Positions 45,891 through 54,530 are shown, numbered from the stretch's first letter. The stretch: 64,000 bases of DNA from Deltaproteobacteria bacterium (GCA_016936575.1 JAFGXQ010000082.1:333-64332); one strand, 5' to 3'. The notes: generated by a model from the letters alone, not told the origin. Translations and numbers: made by a program.

Positions 45891-47192
45891 TTAAAACATC
45901 ATTGAAGACATATAACTCATCTGTGATTGAAGCTGGTTCATTGAAATTTCCATTGCGGTGAATTTGGCCACAAGTCCTTGTTCATATCCATCGATACGGC
46001 CTTCCTCCTGAAGAATCGAATTCTCCAGATTCGAAATCATCTTCTGCAAGCCGCTTTCCTGCGCTTTCAATACACCGTCCACACTGGACACATATCTATC
46101 GATAAACTCATCCAGAATATCTCCCAACCCGTTAACACTACCATCGTCATTTCCGGCAAATAGTTGAGCCACACCACGAGTATCTCGTGCCAATGCTTCT
46201 TCCAAATCATCAGAATCCAATGACAAAGAACCGTCACTGCCGGTTTTTATGCCGATTTGAGAAAGTGCTTTAAATACCCCACCCACATCGCCGATTTCGC
46301 TGGCAATGGTCATTCCCATCTGCATTTGAAGAGATCGCAGGGTCGAGTTCGAAGAAGAATCCTTTTTCACGAGCGCCATGATTTCATTGTAACTGTCAAC
46401 AAAACCTTTCAGTGTCTCTTCGATTTTGTCGTCATCCGGCTGAATTTTCAGCTGAAAAGAATCTTCGGTTTCCTCATTTACATTAATGGTGACCCCGGTC
46501 AGCACATCCTCAAATGTATTGGTGTCGCTGTTAATGGTAATATTATCGATTGTAATTTCAGCACTCTGAGCACTTTTAAATTCCGAAAAACCGAAATTCA
46601 GCGTTCCCGACTCAGCGAAGGAAATCCCCGCATCCAACGGATCACCGGTTTCCTTGCCGGCAATTTGCACCGTGTATTCACTGCCGTTAAACAGCAGACT
46701 GGCACTCACACCGGCATCGGAGCCATTGATTTCGTTTACGATGTCTTCGAGCGACATCGTGTCAGTAATCTCGATATCCACCGCATCGCCGGAACCCACT
46801 GTAATCGAAAGCGTTCCCTCTCCAGCAGCGCCCAACGCCGTTTTGTCGGCAAATGTAGCGGTGGAGTAGTCTCTTTCCGCCTGCGCCAATCGAACCACTT
46901 TCACATCATAAACACCGGGGGATGCGTCACCTGTTGCGGTGACATCCATGGCGTCTTCCTCTGAAAACACCGCGGAGTAGGAGAGGAAATCACCAATCTC
47001 AGACATCTCCTGCATGGTTGTCTGCAGCGTCTGCAACTTTGAATTTAGCGTTCGAATTCCCGATAGCTGATCATTGTACTCTTTCTTCTGATTTTCCATC
47101 TGCCGAAGGCCGGCTTTCTCTGAATAAACAAAAGACTCAACAATGGACCCGGTATCGATACCAGAGCTGATCCCCGAAAAGGTGATACCCAT
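45891..47192 (-). CDS. fliD: Flagellar filament cap protein FliD
   Basis: MGITFSGISSGIDTGSIV N-terminus and coiled-coil termini. AAGGAG RBS. Confidence 0.9.
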   Translation of the reverse strand: MGITFSGISSGIDTGSIVESFVYSEKAGLRQMENQKKEYNDQLSGIRTLNSKLQTLQTTMQEMSEIGDFLSYSAVFSEEDAMDVTATGDASPGVYDVKVVRLAQAERDYSTATFADKTALGAAGEGTLSITVGSGDAVDIEITDTMSLEDIVNEINGSDAGVSASLLFNGSEYTVQIAGKETGDPLDAGISFAESGTLNFGFSEFKSAQSAEITIDNITINSDTNTFEDVLTGVTINVNEETEDSFQLKIQPDDDKIEETLKGFVDSYNEIMALVKKDSSSNSTLRSLQMQMGMTIASEIGDVGGVFKALSQIGIKTGSDGSLSLDSDDLEEALARDTRGVAQLFAGNDDGSVNGLGDILDEFIDRYVSSVDGVLKAQESGLQKMISNLENSILQEEGRIDGYEQGLVAKFTAMEISMNQLQSQMSYMSSMMF

Positions 47193-47222
47193 GTTATTGC
47201 TCCTTCTACACCGCGCATGCGG

Positions 47223-47570
47223 TTACATAATGCTTTCCCAAAACTGCGCCTGCTGTTTTTTTATCCGCTGTGCGGTTCGGATCGCATCTTCCGGTGGAAT
47301 CTGACGAATCACTTCCTCTCCATCAGCGGATGTAATCTGCATGACAACCAGGTCATTTTCGCGATCGTACTTCACGTCTACGGAATTCCCCATGGATTGC
47401 CCGATTTCCTGCCCTGCTTCCACCGCCGCCCGAATCAGAGGTTCATTCACCTCTGCTTTCGAGTTCGTTTTCACTTCCCGTTGAATTCGTTCAACATGGT
47501 GAATTTCATGAGCTTCCCTCTCAAAATCCGGTCCACGCTGAATTCCGGTAATGGTTTTTGTATTCGGCAT
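47223..47570 (-). CDS. flaG: FlaG family protein
   Basis: 115 aa. The VKYDRENDLVVMQITSADGEEVIRQIPPEDAI block is typical of FlaG. Confidence 0.8.
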   Translation of the reverse strand: MPNTKTITGIQRGPDFEREAHEIHHVERIQREVKTNSKAEVNEPLIRAAVEAGQEIGQSMGNSVDVKYDRENDLVVMQITSADGEEVIRQIPPEDAIRTAQRIKKQQAQFWESIM

Positions 47571-47585
47571 CTTACCACCTCACTT

Positions 47586-47649
47586 ATCCGGTTCCGTCCG
47601 GATAGTCGGCGCCTCACCCCTCCCTTCCATCGGGAGGGGCGGCACCTGA
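47586..47649 (-). promoter_or_regulatory. Two stem-loops between flagellin 2 and flaG (no U tract)
   Basis: CCCCTCCC-7 nt-GGGAGGGG (47627-47649) and ATCCGG-6 nt-CCGGAT (47586-47603). Confidence 0.4.
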
Positions 47650-47653
47650 AAAA

Positions 47654-48484
47654 TCAGCCGATTAACGCCAGCGCCATGCTCGGCAAACCATTTGCCTGGG
47701 CAAGCACTGCTGTTCCGGCCTGCATAAGGATCTGGCTCTTCGTCATTTCAACTGACTCAGAGGCAACATCGACGTCTCGAATTCGGCTGTTCGAGGCCGC
47801 CAAATTTTCACGGGTTGTCGCAAGGTTATTCACGGTGCTTGACAATCGGTTTTGATAAGCACCCAAAATGCCTCGCTGTTCAGAAAGGTTCGTGATTGCC
47901 GTGTCAATCGTGTCAATCGCCGAAAGCGCATCTGTTGCTGTAGAAATATTCTCACTGTCGACGTCAATGTGTGACGATGTCGCCCTAACGTCAGTCAATT
48001 CGACGTCCAGCTGATTGTCGGCGGCAGCTGTGCCGATACCAATCTGCAGTGATACAGTAGAATCTCCATTCAGCAAGGAAATGCCGTTGAATTCAGTCGA
48101 ATTCGCAATTCGCGTGATTTCGTCTGACAGTTGACTGAATTCGTTGTTCAGGAATCCTTTCTGATCCGAATCGGTTGTCCCGTTGGCAGACTGCACCGCC
48201 AGTTCTCTCATTCGAATAAGCATGCCGCTGATTTCGTCCATTGCGCCTTCGGCCGTCTGTACCAGCGAAATTCCGTCGTTGGCGTTTCGTTCCGCCTGAC
48301 TCAGCCCACGAATCTGGGCTTTCATTTTTTCGCTGATGGCCAATCCCGCCGCGTCGTCTTTGGCAGAGGTAATCCTCAAGCCCGAAGACAGACGCGCCAT
48401 GCTCGTCGAAAGAGAGGAACTGGTCCGTGTCAAGTTCCTCTGGGCGTTAATCGCCTGCGTATTTGTGTTTATTACCAATCCCAT
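47654..48484 (-). CDS. fliC: Flagellin (copy 2, 276 aa)
   Basis: Canonical flagellin N- and C-termini. AAGGAGG RBS. Confidence 0.95.
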   Translation of the reverse strand: MGLVINTNTQAINAQRNLTRTSSSLSTSMARLSSGLRITSAKDDAAGLAISEKMKAQIRGLSQAERNANDGISLVQTAEGAMDEISGMLIRMRELAVQSANGTTDSDQKGFLNNEFSQLSDEITRIANSTEFNGISLLNGDSTVSLQIGIGTAAADNQLDVELTDVRATSSHIDVDSENISTATDALSAIDTIDTAITNLSEQRGILGAYQNRLSSTVNNLATTRENLAASNSRIRDVDVASESVEMTKSQILMQAGTAVLAQANGLPSMALALIG

Positions 48485-48550
48485 CGTTCTTCCTCCTTGG
48501 AAGCCGGGCTGGGCGGCCCGGGGAGCCTTCGTGCTCCTTGTTCCGTTATG
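48485..48550 (-). promoter_or_regulatory. Conserved flagellin 5' leader (shared with copy 3) with two GGA motifs and a GC hairpin
   Basis: CATAACGGAACAAGGAGCACGAAGGCTCCCCGG, then hairpin CCGGGC-cgccca-GCCCGG, then CTTCCAAGGAGG before the ATG. Confidence 0.4.
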
Positions 48551-48632
48551 TGTGGGCGTAGCACCTGAAAAACCAATTCCGTTTTTGGCCGGCCTTAACG
48601 CATCCGGAACGAGCCTTCCATGGCTACACTAG

Positions 48633-48661
48633 TTATGTCGGTGGGTTGGGCGCTATCTTGA
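48633..48661 (-). promoter_or_regulatory. Weak sigma28-like promoter candidate for flagellin 2
   Basis: Minus strand reads TCAAGA-14 nt-CCGACATAA, against TAAA-N15-GCCGATAA. The -10 element is imperfect. Confidence 0.3.
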
Positions 48662-48956
48662 GAAGAAAAATAATTTTTTTTTGGGGAAGGCATGGAATTT
48701 TGTTTTACGCGCTCATTTGGTTCGACTGACGAATGTTTTATCCCGTGCTGCTGCTGCAAACGCGGTACTTGTTCACTCCAAAATACATATCGTATCATTA
48801 AAATTATTATTAAGTTCGAACGTCGTTGTCGTCATGTGCGTATCTCTTAACCACTTGTAAATTTTGCTATTTTCACTTCTGCAAATATTATATCACACGC
48901 TCGACTCAGATACGGAATTGGTCCCGATGGAGAAGAATCCGTTCTCACCTGCCCCC

Positions 48957-48985
48957 GGAAACCATTTTATTGGACTGGCCGTTTT
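48957..48985 (+). promoter_or_regulatory. ECF-type promoter candidate upstream of the ECF sigma gene
   Basis: GGAAAC-17 nt-CGTTTT, about 110 nt upstream of the sigma-factor start. Confidence 0.3.
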
Positions 48986-49096
48986 GGCGGTCATCGCTAT
49001 GCACAAAAAATTCGAAAATTAAATAAAACTTTTTCAGTTGTTTTTTCGTCCAAAGTTGAAGACGCTTGCTTTCATCCATAAAGAGGAAAATGTATT

Positions 49097-49720
49097 TTGG
49101 AACTGTCAAAACCGAGAAAATATGCCGCCACCCGGGAAGATGTACTGGTGGAACAAACGCTGGTCGAGAAAGCGCAGGAAGGCGAGCAGTGGGCCATCGG
49201 AAAACTGTACCAGGATCATGTGGTACAGGTGCGCAAACTGCTGCTCAGCATTCTCGGTCCAAATTCACAAATTGACGACCTGACGCAAGATGTATTTGTG
49301 CAGGTGTTCACTTCAATCCGACGATTTCAGGGGAACAGTCGGTTTGCCACCTGGCTTCACCGTATCGCGGTAAACGTTGCGCTGTCATGGCTTCGGCAAA
49401 AGAAGAGAACCCCTTTCGCTACCGATGATACCACCGCTATACCAACGGCACCGCAACAGGAACGGCAAGCGCAGGTTCAGGCGCAACTGAAAGAACTGTA
49501 TGGCGTCCTCGATTCATTGAGCCCTAAGCGCCGCATCGCTTTCATTCTTTTTGAAATTGACCATCGTTCGCTCGATGAAATCGCGGTTATCACCGGTTCA
49601 AATGTGGCGACCATTAAATCAAGGATCTTTTTTGCCCGCAAAGATATTTTTAAAAAGGCAGCGAGTAGACCTGTATTGAAAGAGTTGATGGAAGACTTGA
49701 CGGGAGATGAGCGGAAATGA
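49097..49720 (+). CDS. ECF-family RNA polymerase sigma factor
   Basis: Region 2 (DLTQDVFVQVF..FATWLHRIAVN) and region 4 (SLDEIAVITGSNVATIKSRIFFARK). TTG start assumed. Confidence 0.85.
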   Translation: MELSKPRKYAATREDVLVEQTLVEKAQEGEQWAIGKLYQDHVVQVRKLLLSILGPNSQIDDLTQDVFVQVFTSIRRFQGNSRFATWLHRIAVNVALSWLRQKKRTPFATDDTTAIPTAPQQERQAQVQAQLKELYGVLDSLSPKRRIAFILFEIDHRSLDEIAVITGSNVATIKSRIFFARKDIFKKAASRPVLKELMEDLTGDERK

Positions 49721-50844
49721 CCAAACGCATATTCCGAAATCAGTATATGTTGAATGCATTGAAAACCGAGCTGCATCAACAGTCCGCTGTTTCCGATGCC
49801 CAGCTGGAGCTGAATAAACGAAAGCTGGCGGCAGTGGTACAGCACGATGATCGTTCATGGCGTCACCATCGTATTTTGTGGGCAGCACTCGCCGCATCCG
49901 CGGCATTCATTTTGATCGGCGTTGCCACCTTCATCTATCTCAATTGGACGCACCCGCTGCCGCCCGCGCTGACTCCTCGAGATATTACCCATTCCGTCAA
50001 TACCGCACCGCTCGAAATGCAGGGTCTGGTGTCTATTCCGCCGCTGTATCAAGACATCGAGGTCCCGGTACACACCGGCGCAAAATTCATAATGGCAGAT
50101 GATTCCACAATCTGGACGGCAGAAGAAAGCCGGCTGCGCCTACAATCATCTTTGGGAGAACTGCATTTGGCATCAGGTCGTATTCTGGCCACATATTCCA
50201 AGCGAGCCGAACATACTTCAATTCGAACCCCCAATGGAACCATTGAAATATTGGGAACCACATTCGCTATCACCGCGTCAGCATCCTCTCTGGAGGTGCG
50301 ACTGTTCGAGGGAAAAATCGCGTTGCACCTAAAGGGAGAAGTTCACAATATTACCCAGGGAACATACATCCGGGTGGAAGGCAACCAACTGGTGGAACAA
50401 AGAATTATCGACCGTTCTGATATTATATCAGCATTGTTGGTTACTGAAAAAACATTCCATCTGCCCGGACCGAAAGTGCCCGAATTGTCGGTTCCGCAAC
50501 CGCGTGCGGCAATTATTCCAATGCCGAAAAAGAAAACAGAAAAAAAAGAAAAACATCGTCCATCGCAGAAGAAAAACCGCGATAGCACTACCGCTGAAAC
50601 GCCTGATTCCTCAACCATCGACGTCGTTTCCCCTGAACCCGACGATATGGTTGTCGAAATTGCCGAACCTGGACCGACGAAACAGAATACAGAAGCAATG
50701 TCAGAGGCGGAACGACTGCTTGAAGATGCATGTCGAAATATGAAAAACGGCAATCACGCCCAGGGAAAAGAACAGATTCGCGAATACCTTAAACTCCACC
50801 CCAAAGACCGATTCTGGCAGCATGTAAATTCAATTTTTGAATAA
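49717..50844 (+). CDS. Anti-sigma factor with one TM helix and a periplasmic FecR-like domain
   Basis: 4-nt overlap with the sigma gene. TM helix ILWAALAASAAFILIGVATFIYL. FecR-like TIEILGTTFAI. Confidence 0.75.
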   Translation: MTKRIFRNQYMLNALKTELHQQSAVSDAQLELNKRKLAAVVQHDDRSWRHHRILWAALAASAAFILIGVATFIYLNWTHPLPPALTPRDITHSVNTAPLEMQGLVSIPPLYQDIEVPVHTGAKFIMADDSTIWTAEESRLRLQSSLGELHLASGRILATYSKRAEHTSIRTPNGTIEILGTTFAITASASSLEVRLFEGKIALHLKGEVHNITQGTYIRVEGNQLVEQRIIDRSDIISALLVTEKTFHLPGPKVPELSVPQPRAAIIPMPKKKTEKKEKHRPSQKKNRDSTTAETPDSSTIDVVSPEPDDMVVEIAEPGPTKQNTEAMSEAERLLEDACRNMKNGNHAQGKEQIREYLKLHPKDRFWQHVNSIFE

Positions 50845-50937
50845 ATTCACAACTCCTTAAAACCTTAAAACCTTTCTCATCGGCGTAGCGACTAAGTAGA
50901 TGAATTCGGCACATGCCGACAGCGAAAGGACGCTACT

Positions 50938-51177
50938 ATGAAAACAACATTGGCTTTGGTATTCACCCTGATGATTGCGGGCAGCGGGCATTTTGTTCTT
51001 GCCCAGGAAAATGAAGATGTCACCAAGTATGAATTTGACGATGACGTCGTACAGGGCGACCTGATTCGTCCCGACAACACCAACATCACGGTATTGAAGG
51101 CCGATGCGACAAAGAGCCTGGTGAAGGTTCGCAAGCATTTTGTGCCTGAAATGTTTAAAACCGTCGAAAATATCTGA
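50938..51177 (+). CDS. Small secreted protein
   Basis: 79 aa with signal peptide MKTTLALVFTLMIAGSGHFVLAQ. Confidence 0.6.
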   Translation: MKTTLALVFTLMIAGSGHFVLAQENEDVTKYEFDDDVVQGDLIRPDNTNITVLKADATKSLVKVRKHFVPEMFKTVENI

Positions 51178-51474
51178 ACTTACCATTTTTTACGCCCCTT
51201 TTTGAAAAATTGTCTCTTAATTATATCTCTCAAGGAATACTATCCTGCCATAGTTCAGCGCGTTCCGAGCTACTCCGCGCCCCACGTGTGCGCGGTGATT
51301 CGATCGTTCCGTTTTCGATTCAGATATTATACAGAGACAATTCGTCAAAGGGGGAGATTTGTATCCGCCGAAGTGTACCCCAAAATTTGAAAACGTTGTT
51401 CACTATTAAGTGCAAACAGCTGCAGTTCGGGGTAGAACTATTGAAACAAAACTCACTTCAAACTGGAGCGAAGA

Positions 51475-52782
51475 ATGAAAAACATATACTGGTGGGGAAT
51501 CCTCATTGTCCTGTTAACCGCATGCGGCGGTGCATCTCATGGGGCCCATAATGCAAAAATGGCATCCGCAGATGCCGCATACGCACCTTCGCAGATGGAC
51601 TATGAGACGGCTGCCGCAGACGACTATGTAGGGCAAAGCGTAGGGAGCGAATATTATGTTGAAGACATGGAGTATGCGGAGGAGGAAGCCGAATCCATGC
51701 CGGCCCCCATGAGTGCGGGGAACAGCAGTTCTGTGTCGATGGAACGGGAAATGAAAAAATCGGTGACCCCGAAAAGTCCTCAGCGCGTACCCGGCTCAAA
51801 ACAGGCGCCGCAACAGGTACCGAATACTGATAAGGCACAAACCAAAGGCCCCAAACCCGATGATCCAATGATCATTTACAGTGGGTATCTTCATTTGCGG
51901 GTGAAACGGCTTCTCGATGCATTGGACGCAATTTCTGACATTACAAAGGAGGCCGGCGGATATGTGGACTCCATGACCAAAACATCAATTGTGGTGCGCA
52001 TCCCCGGAGACCGTTTCGATGAAATGATTGTTGCGTTTGCCCAATTGGGAGACTTACTGTCGAAAGAAATTTCAGCGATCGAAGTGACCGCTCAATACAC
52101 AGATATTAAGGCACGACTGGCGGTTGCCGAAGAGGCTAAAGCTCGGTTGCTGGCATTGCTTGAAAAAGTACAGAAAGCAGATGAGCGTTTAAGAATTCTA
52201 GAAGAAATCAAACGACTCTCGGAGCAGATCGAATCCATTAAATCCACACTGGCCACTCTGCAGAACCTGCTGAAATATTTTACAGTAACCATCGATTTGA
52301 CGCCGATTCTACAGGACGATGCATCGATACAGCACCAGTCACCGTTTGCCTGGGTGAATGAACTGTCTCCCCATCGTATGACCATTTTCGGCGGCGCGAA
52401 ACAATTCACCATGAAGTTGCCTGACGATTTTGTGCTGTTTTCAAAAGATGAGAATTATCGGGCACAGGCGGCAGACACCACGATTATCCGCGGCGGGGTG
52501 ATGGACAATAATCCAGTCGGTAATAATGCCTTTTGGACGGATGCAATTTCGTATGAAATGAAGGGGAGAAGCGAATCATTGGAGGATCAGGGAACAACCG
52601 GCAATATTTCGTACCTGCTGTTCAAGAATGCCGATTTGAAGCCTAGATGGTATCTGGTTGGGGTATCGGTTGTCGGTGATAAAGTAATTGTCATCGAGGT
52701 GTTTTTTCCCAATGAAACAGCGTTCAACGCCCACAAAGACGATGTGCTGGACGCGCTGAAAACGTTTGAGGTGAACCGATGA
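51475..52782 (+). CDS. DUF4349-like lipoprotein with an extra C-terminal domain
   Basis: Lipobox LLTACGG. DUF4349-like core (GGYVDSMTKTSIVVRIPGDRFDEMI...EVTAQYTDIKARL...). C-terminal ~150 aa resemble the product of 53530-54000. Confidence 0.7.
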   Translation: MKNIYWWGILIVLLTACGGASHGAHNAKMASADAAYAPSQMDYETAAADDYVGQSVGSEYYVEDMEYAEEEAESMPAPMSAGNSSSVSMEREMKKSVTPKSPQRVPGSKQAPQQVPNTDKAQTKGPKPDDPMIIYSGYLHLRVKRLLDALDAISDITKEAGGYVDSMTKTSIVVRIPGDRFDEMIVAFAQLGDLLSKEISAIEVTAQYTDIKARLAVAEEAKARLLALLEKVQKADERLRILEEIKRLSEQIESIKSTLATLQNLLKYFTVTIDLTPILQDDASIQHQSPFAWVNELSPHRMTIFGGAKQFTMKLPDDFVLFSKDENYRAQAADTTIIRGGVMDNNPVGNNAFWTDAISYEMKGRSESLEDQGTTGNISYLLFKNADLKPRWYLVGVSVVGDKVIVIEVFFPNETAFNAHKDDVLDALKTFEVNR

Positions 52783-53528
52783 AAAGCAGATTGATAACCG
52801 TATTGTTATTCAGTGGAACCTTGTTGTTTGTTGGCGCCGCCACGGCGAAAAACAAAAAAAACACGGATACTCCTGATACCGCAAAGCAAACTGAAGCGGC
52901 CACAGCAAATACAGACGATGCGCAAACCGAACCGGCAAAGGAAGAAACGTCCGAAACGTCGACTCCCGCAGAGAATTCTTCCCCGACCGAAGAAACCGAC
53001 GTTCGATTGACTTCGATTCAGAGCCGCATGACACTTAAAGTCGTCAATCCCGATGAAGCGCGGGAGCAATTGAAAAAAATCGCAGCGTCTTACGGCGGGT
53101 ATGCCACCCGAATCACAGATACGAACATTGTACTGAAAGTGCCGCCAACACAAATTACCCAGGCAATGGAAGCATTCGTGAAACAGGGTATTCTGGTTGA
53201 AAAGACAATTGAACGCAAAGATCTGACGCTGAAAATCGCGCAGCTGGAGGGCAAGCTCACCAGTCAAAACGAAATTCTTGCGAAGTTACGCAGCTTTTTC
53301 GATGACTCGGACTTCACCGCAACGCTTGAAATAGAACGGAGTATGAGTCGTCTGGTGTACGAAATTGAACAGGTGAAAGGTGAACTCCGCTATTTGTATG
53401 ACCAGGCGGAATGGGCGGTGGTCGAGGTGGATTTCAGATTCCGTGAACGGGAAAGTGTCATGTATGTATCGTCACCTTTTGAGTGGTTGAACAGTGCCAA
53501 TCTTTCCACTTTTTTGGAGGAGTTTTAA
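52779..53528 (+). CDS. DUF4349-like secreted protein
   Basis: 4-nt overlap with the upstream gene. Signal peptide. GGYATRITDTNIVLKVPPTQI...coiled-coil pattern parallels the upstream paralog. Confidence 0.65.
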   Translation: MKSRLITVLLFSGTLLFVGAATAKNKKNTDTPDTAKQTEAATANTDDAQTEPAKEETSETSTPAENSSPTEETDVRLTSIQSRMTLKVVNPDEAREQLKKIAASYGGYATRITDTNIVLKVPPTQITQAMEAFVKQGILVEKTIERKDLTLKIAQLEGKLTSQNEILAKLRSFFDDSDFTATLEIERSMSRLVYEIEQVKGELRYLYDQAEWAVVEVDFRFRERESVMYVSSPFEWLNSANLSTFLEEF

Positions 53529-53529
53529 G

Positions 53530-54000
53530 ATGCATGGAACTCAACGACAGATATTACTCTTCGGCTTTTTCATATGTGCTGTCTTTGCAGCCGGATGCGC
53601 AGTTCCTTACTCGATGAAAGCGCCGGAACAATTCAAACGATTTGACACCAAGAATTCATTTAAATATATCACGGCGGACGGTGTGATGTTGAAAGCCAGG
53701 GAAGTCGACAACTACCCCAAAGCGTCCCTGTCCTTCTGGAAGGATGCCACCAAAGAACATCTGGAAAAAAGCGGTTATCTGCACAGTGAAACCCATTGTT
53801 TCAAGACCGACAAAGGGCTTGATGGATGTTCTCTGACATTCGCCCTACCCCATGGCGCGGAAGACTGGATTTTTCAAGAAACCATTTTTGTATTGGATGA
53901 AATCATTGTACTGGTGGAAGCAACCGGAGAATTCAACAAATTCAAAGCGGTGGAAGCGGACTTGAAATCGGCATTGAAGACATTTTCGCCCAATTTATAA
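53530..54000 (+). CDS. Lipoprotein homologous to the C-terminal domain of the 51475-52782 product
   Basis: Lipobox FAAGCA. Shared pattern ends LKSALKTFSP, against VLDALKTFEV in the larger protein. Confidence 0.6.
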   Translation: MHGTQRQILLFGFFICAVFAAGCAVPYSMKAPEQFKRFDTKNSFKYITADGVMLKAREVDNYPKASLSFWKDATKEHLEKSGYLHSETHCFKTDKGLDGCSLTFALPHGAEDWIFQETIFVLDEIIVLVEATGEFNKFKAVEADLKSALKTFSPNL

Positions 54001-54010
54001 ACTCTCCTGT

Positions 54011-54039
54011 TTGGCGAAGACGACGCATTCTGCTAATAT
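54011..54039 (+). promoter_or_regulatory. Sigma70-like promoter candidate upstream of ccmE
   Basis: TTGGCG-17 nt-TAATAT. Confidence 0.4.
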
Positions 54040-54119
54040 GTCATCTCAACGACCACCTCACTCAATCGTGATGTGCTGAGGCCGATTGCGGCCGACATGA
54101 AAGTGAAATAGAAGAAAAA

Positions 54120-54530
54120 ATGAATAAGAAAGCGGTGAAAGCCATTATTACCATTCTCGTGGTTGCCGGGGCGGTCACGTACCTTGCTGCCTCCAGTTTC
54201 GAAGAAACCATGATTTACTACAAAACCGTCGAAGAAGCCCTACATGCACGAAGCCAATTCGAAACCACACCGGTGCGCGTCAATGGACTGCTGGTTCCCG
54301 GCTCCATTAAACAGAAGCCAGGCACCGATAATTTCATATTCGAACTCAAAAAAAATGACACGGTCCTGCAGATTAAATATGCAGGCATTCTTCCGGATAC
54401 CATGACTGAAGGAAAAGAACTGATCGTTCAGGGCACACTCGTTCCAGGTGAAGATACACTGCAGGCCACAGAAATTCTGACGAAATGCCCATCCAAGTAC
54501 GAAAAAGAGGCGGAAAGCCGCAACAAGTAA
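54120..54530 (+). CDS. ccmE: Cytochrome c maturation haem chaperone CcmE, CxxxY variant
   Basis: N-terminal TM anchor. OB-fold-like core (VRVNGLLVPGSI...ELIVQGTL). C-terminal LTKCPSKYE stands where canonical CcmE has HxxxY. Confidence 0.85.
   Translation: MNKKAVKAIITILVVAGAVTYLAASSFEETMIYYKTVEEALHARSQFETTPVRVNGLLVPGSIKQKPGTDNFIFELKKNDTVLQIKYAGILPDTMTEGKELIVQGTLVPGEDTLQATEILTKCPSKYEKEAESRNK

Noticed and set aside
46257-46964. 235-aa plus-strand ORF inside fliD
   Set aside because: It is antisense to a full-length FliD with a strong RBS.
47217-47855. 212-aa plus-strand ORF covering flaG and the flagellin 2 3' end
   Set aside because: It crosses the structured intergenic hairpins and is antisense to two recognisable flagellar genes.
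48561-48575. Possible second sigma54 promoter (TGGTTT-ttcag-GTGC) just upstream of the flagellin 2 conserved leader
   Set aside because: Only the GG and GC dinucleotides match, and the equivalent position upstream of flagellin 3 has no such element. I kept it as a remark only.
48826-49283. Several 60-80-aa ORFs in the AT-rich gap upstream of the ECF sigma gene
   Set aside because: They have no RBS and a Cys/Arg/Trp-rich unnatural composition. They overlap each other and the sigma gene start.
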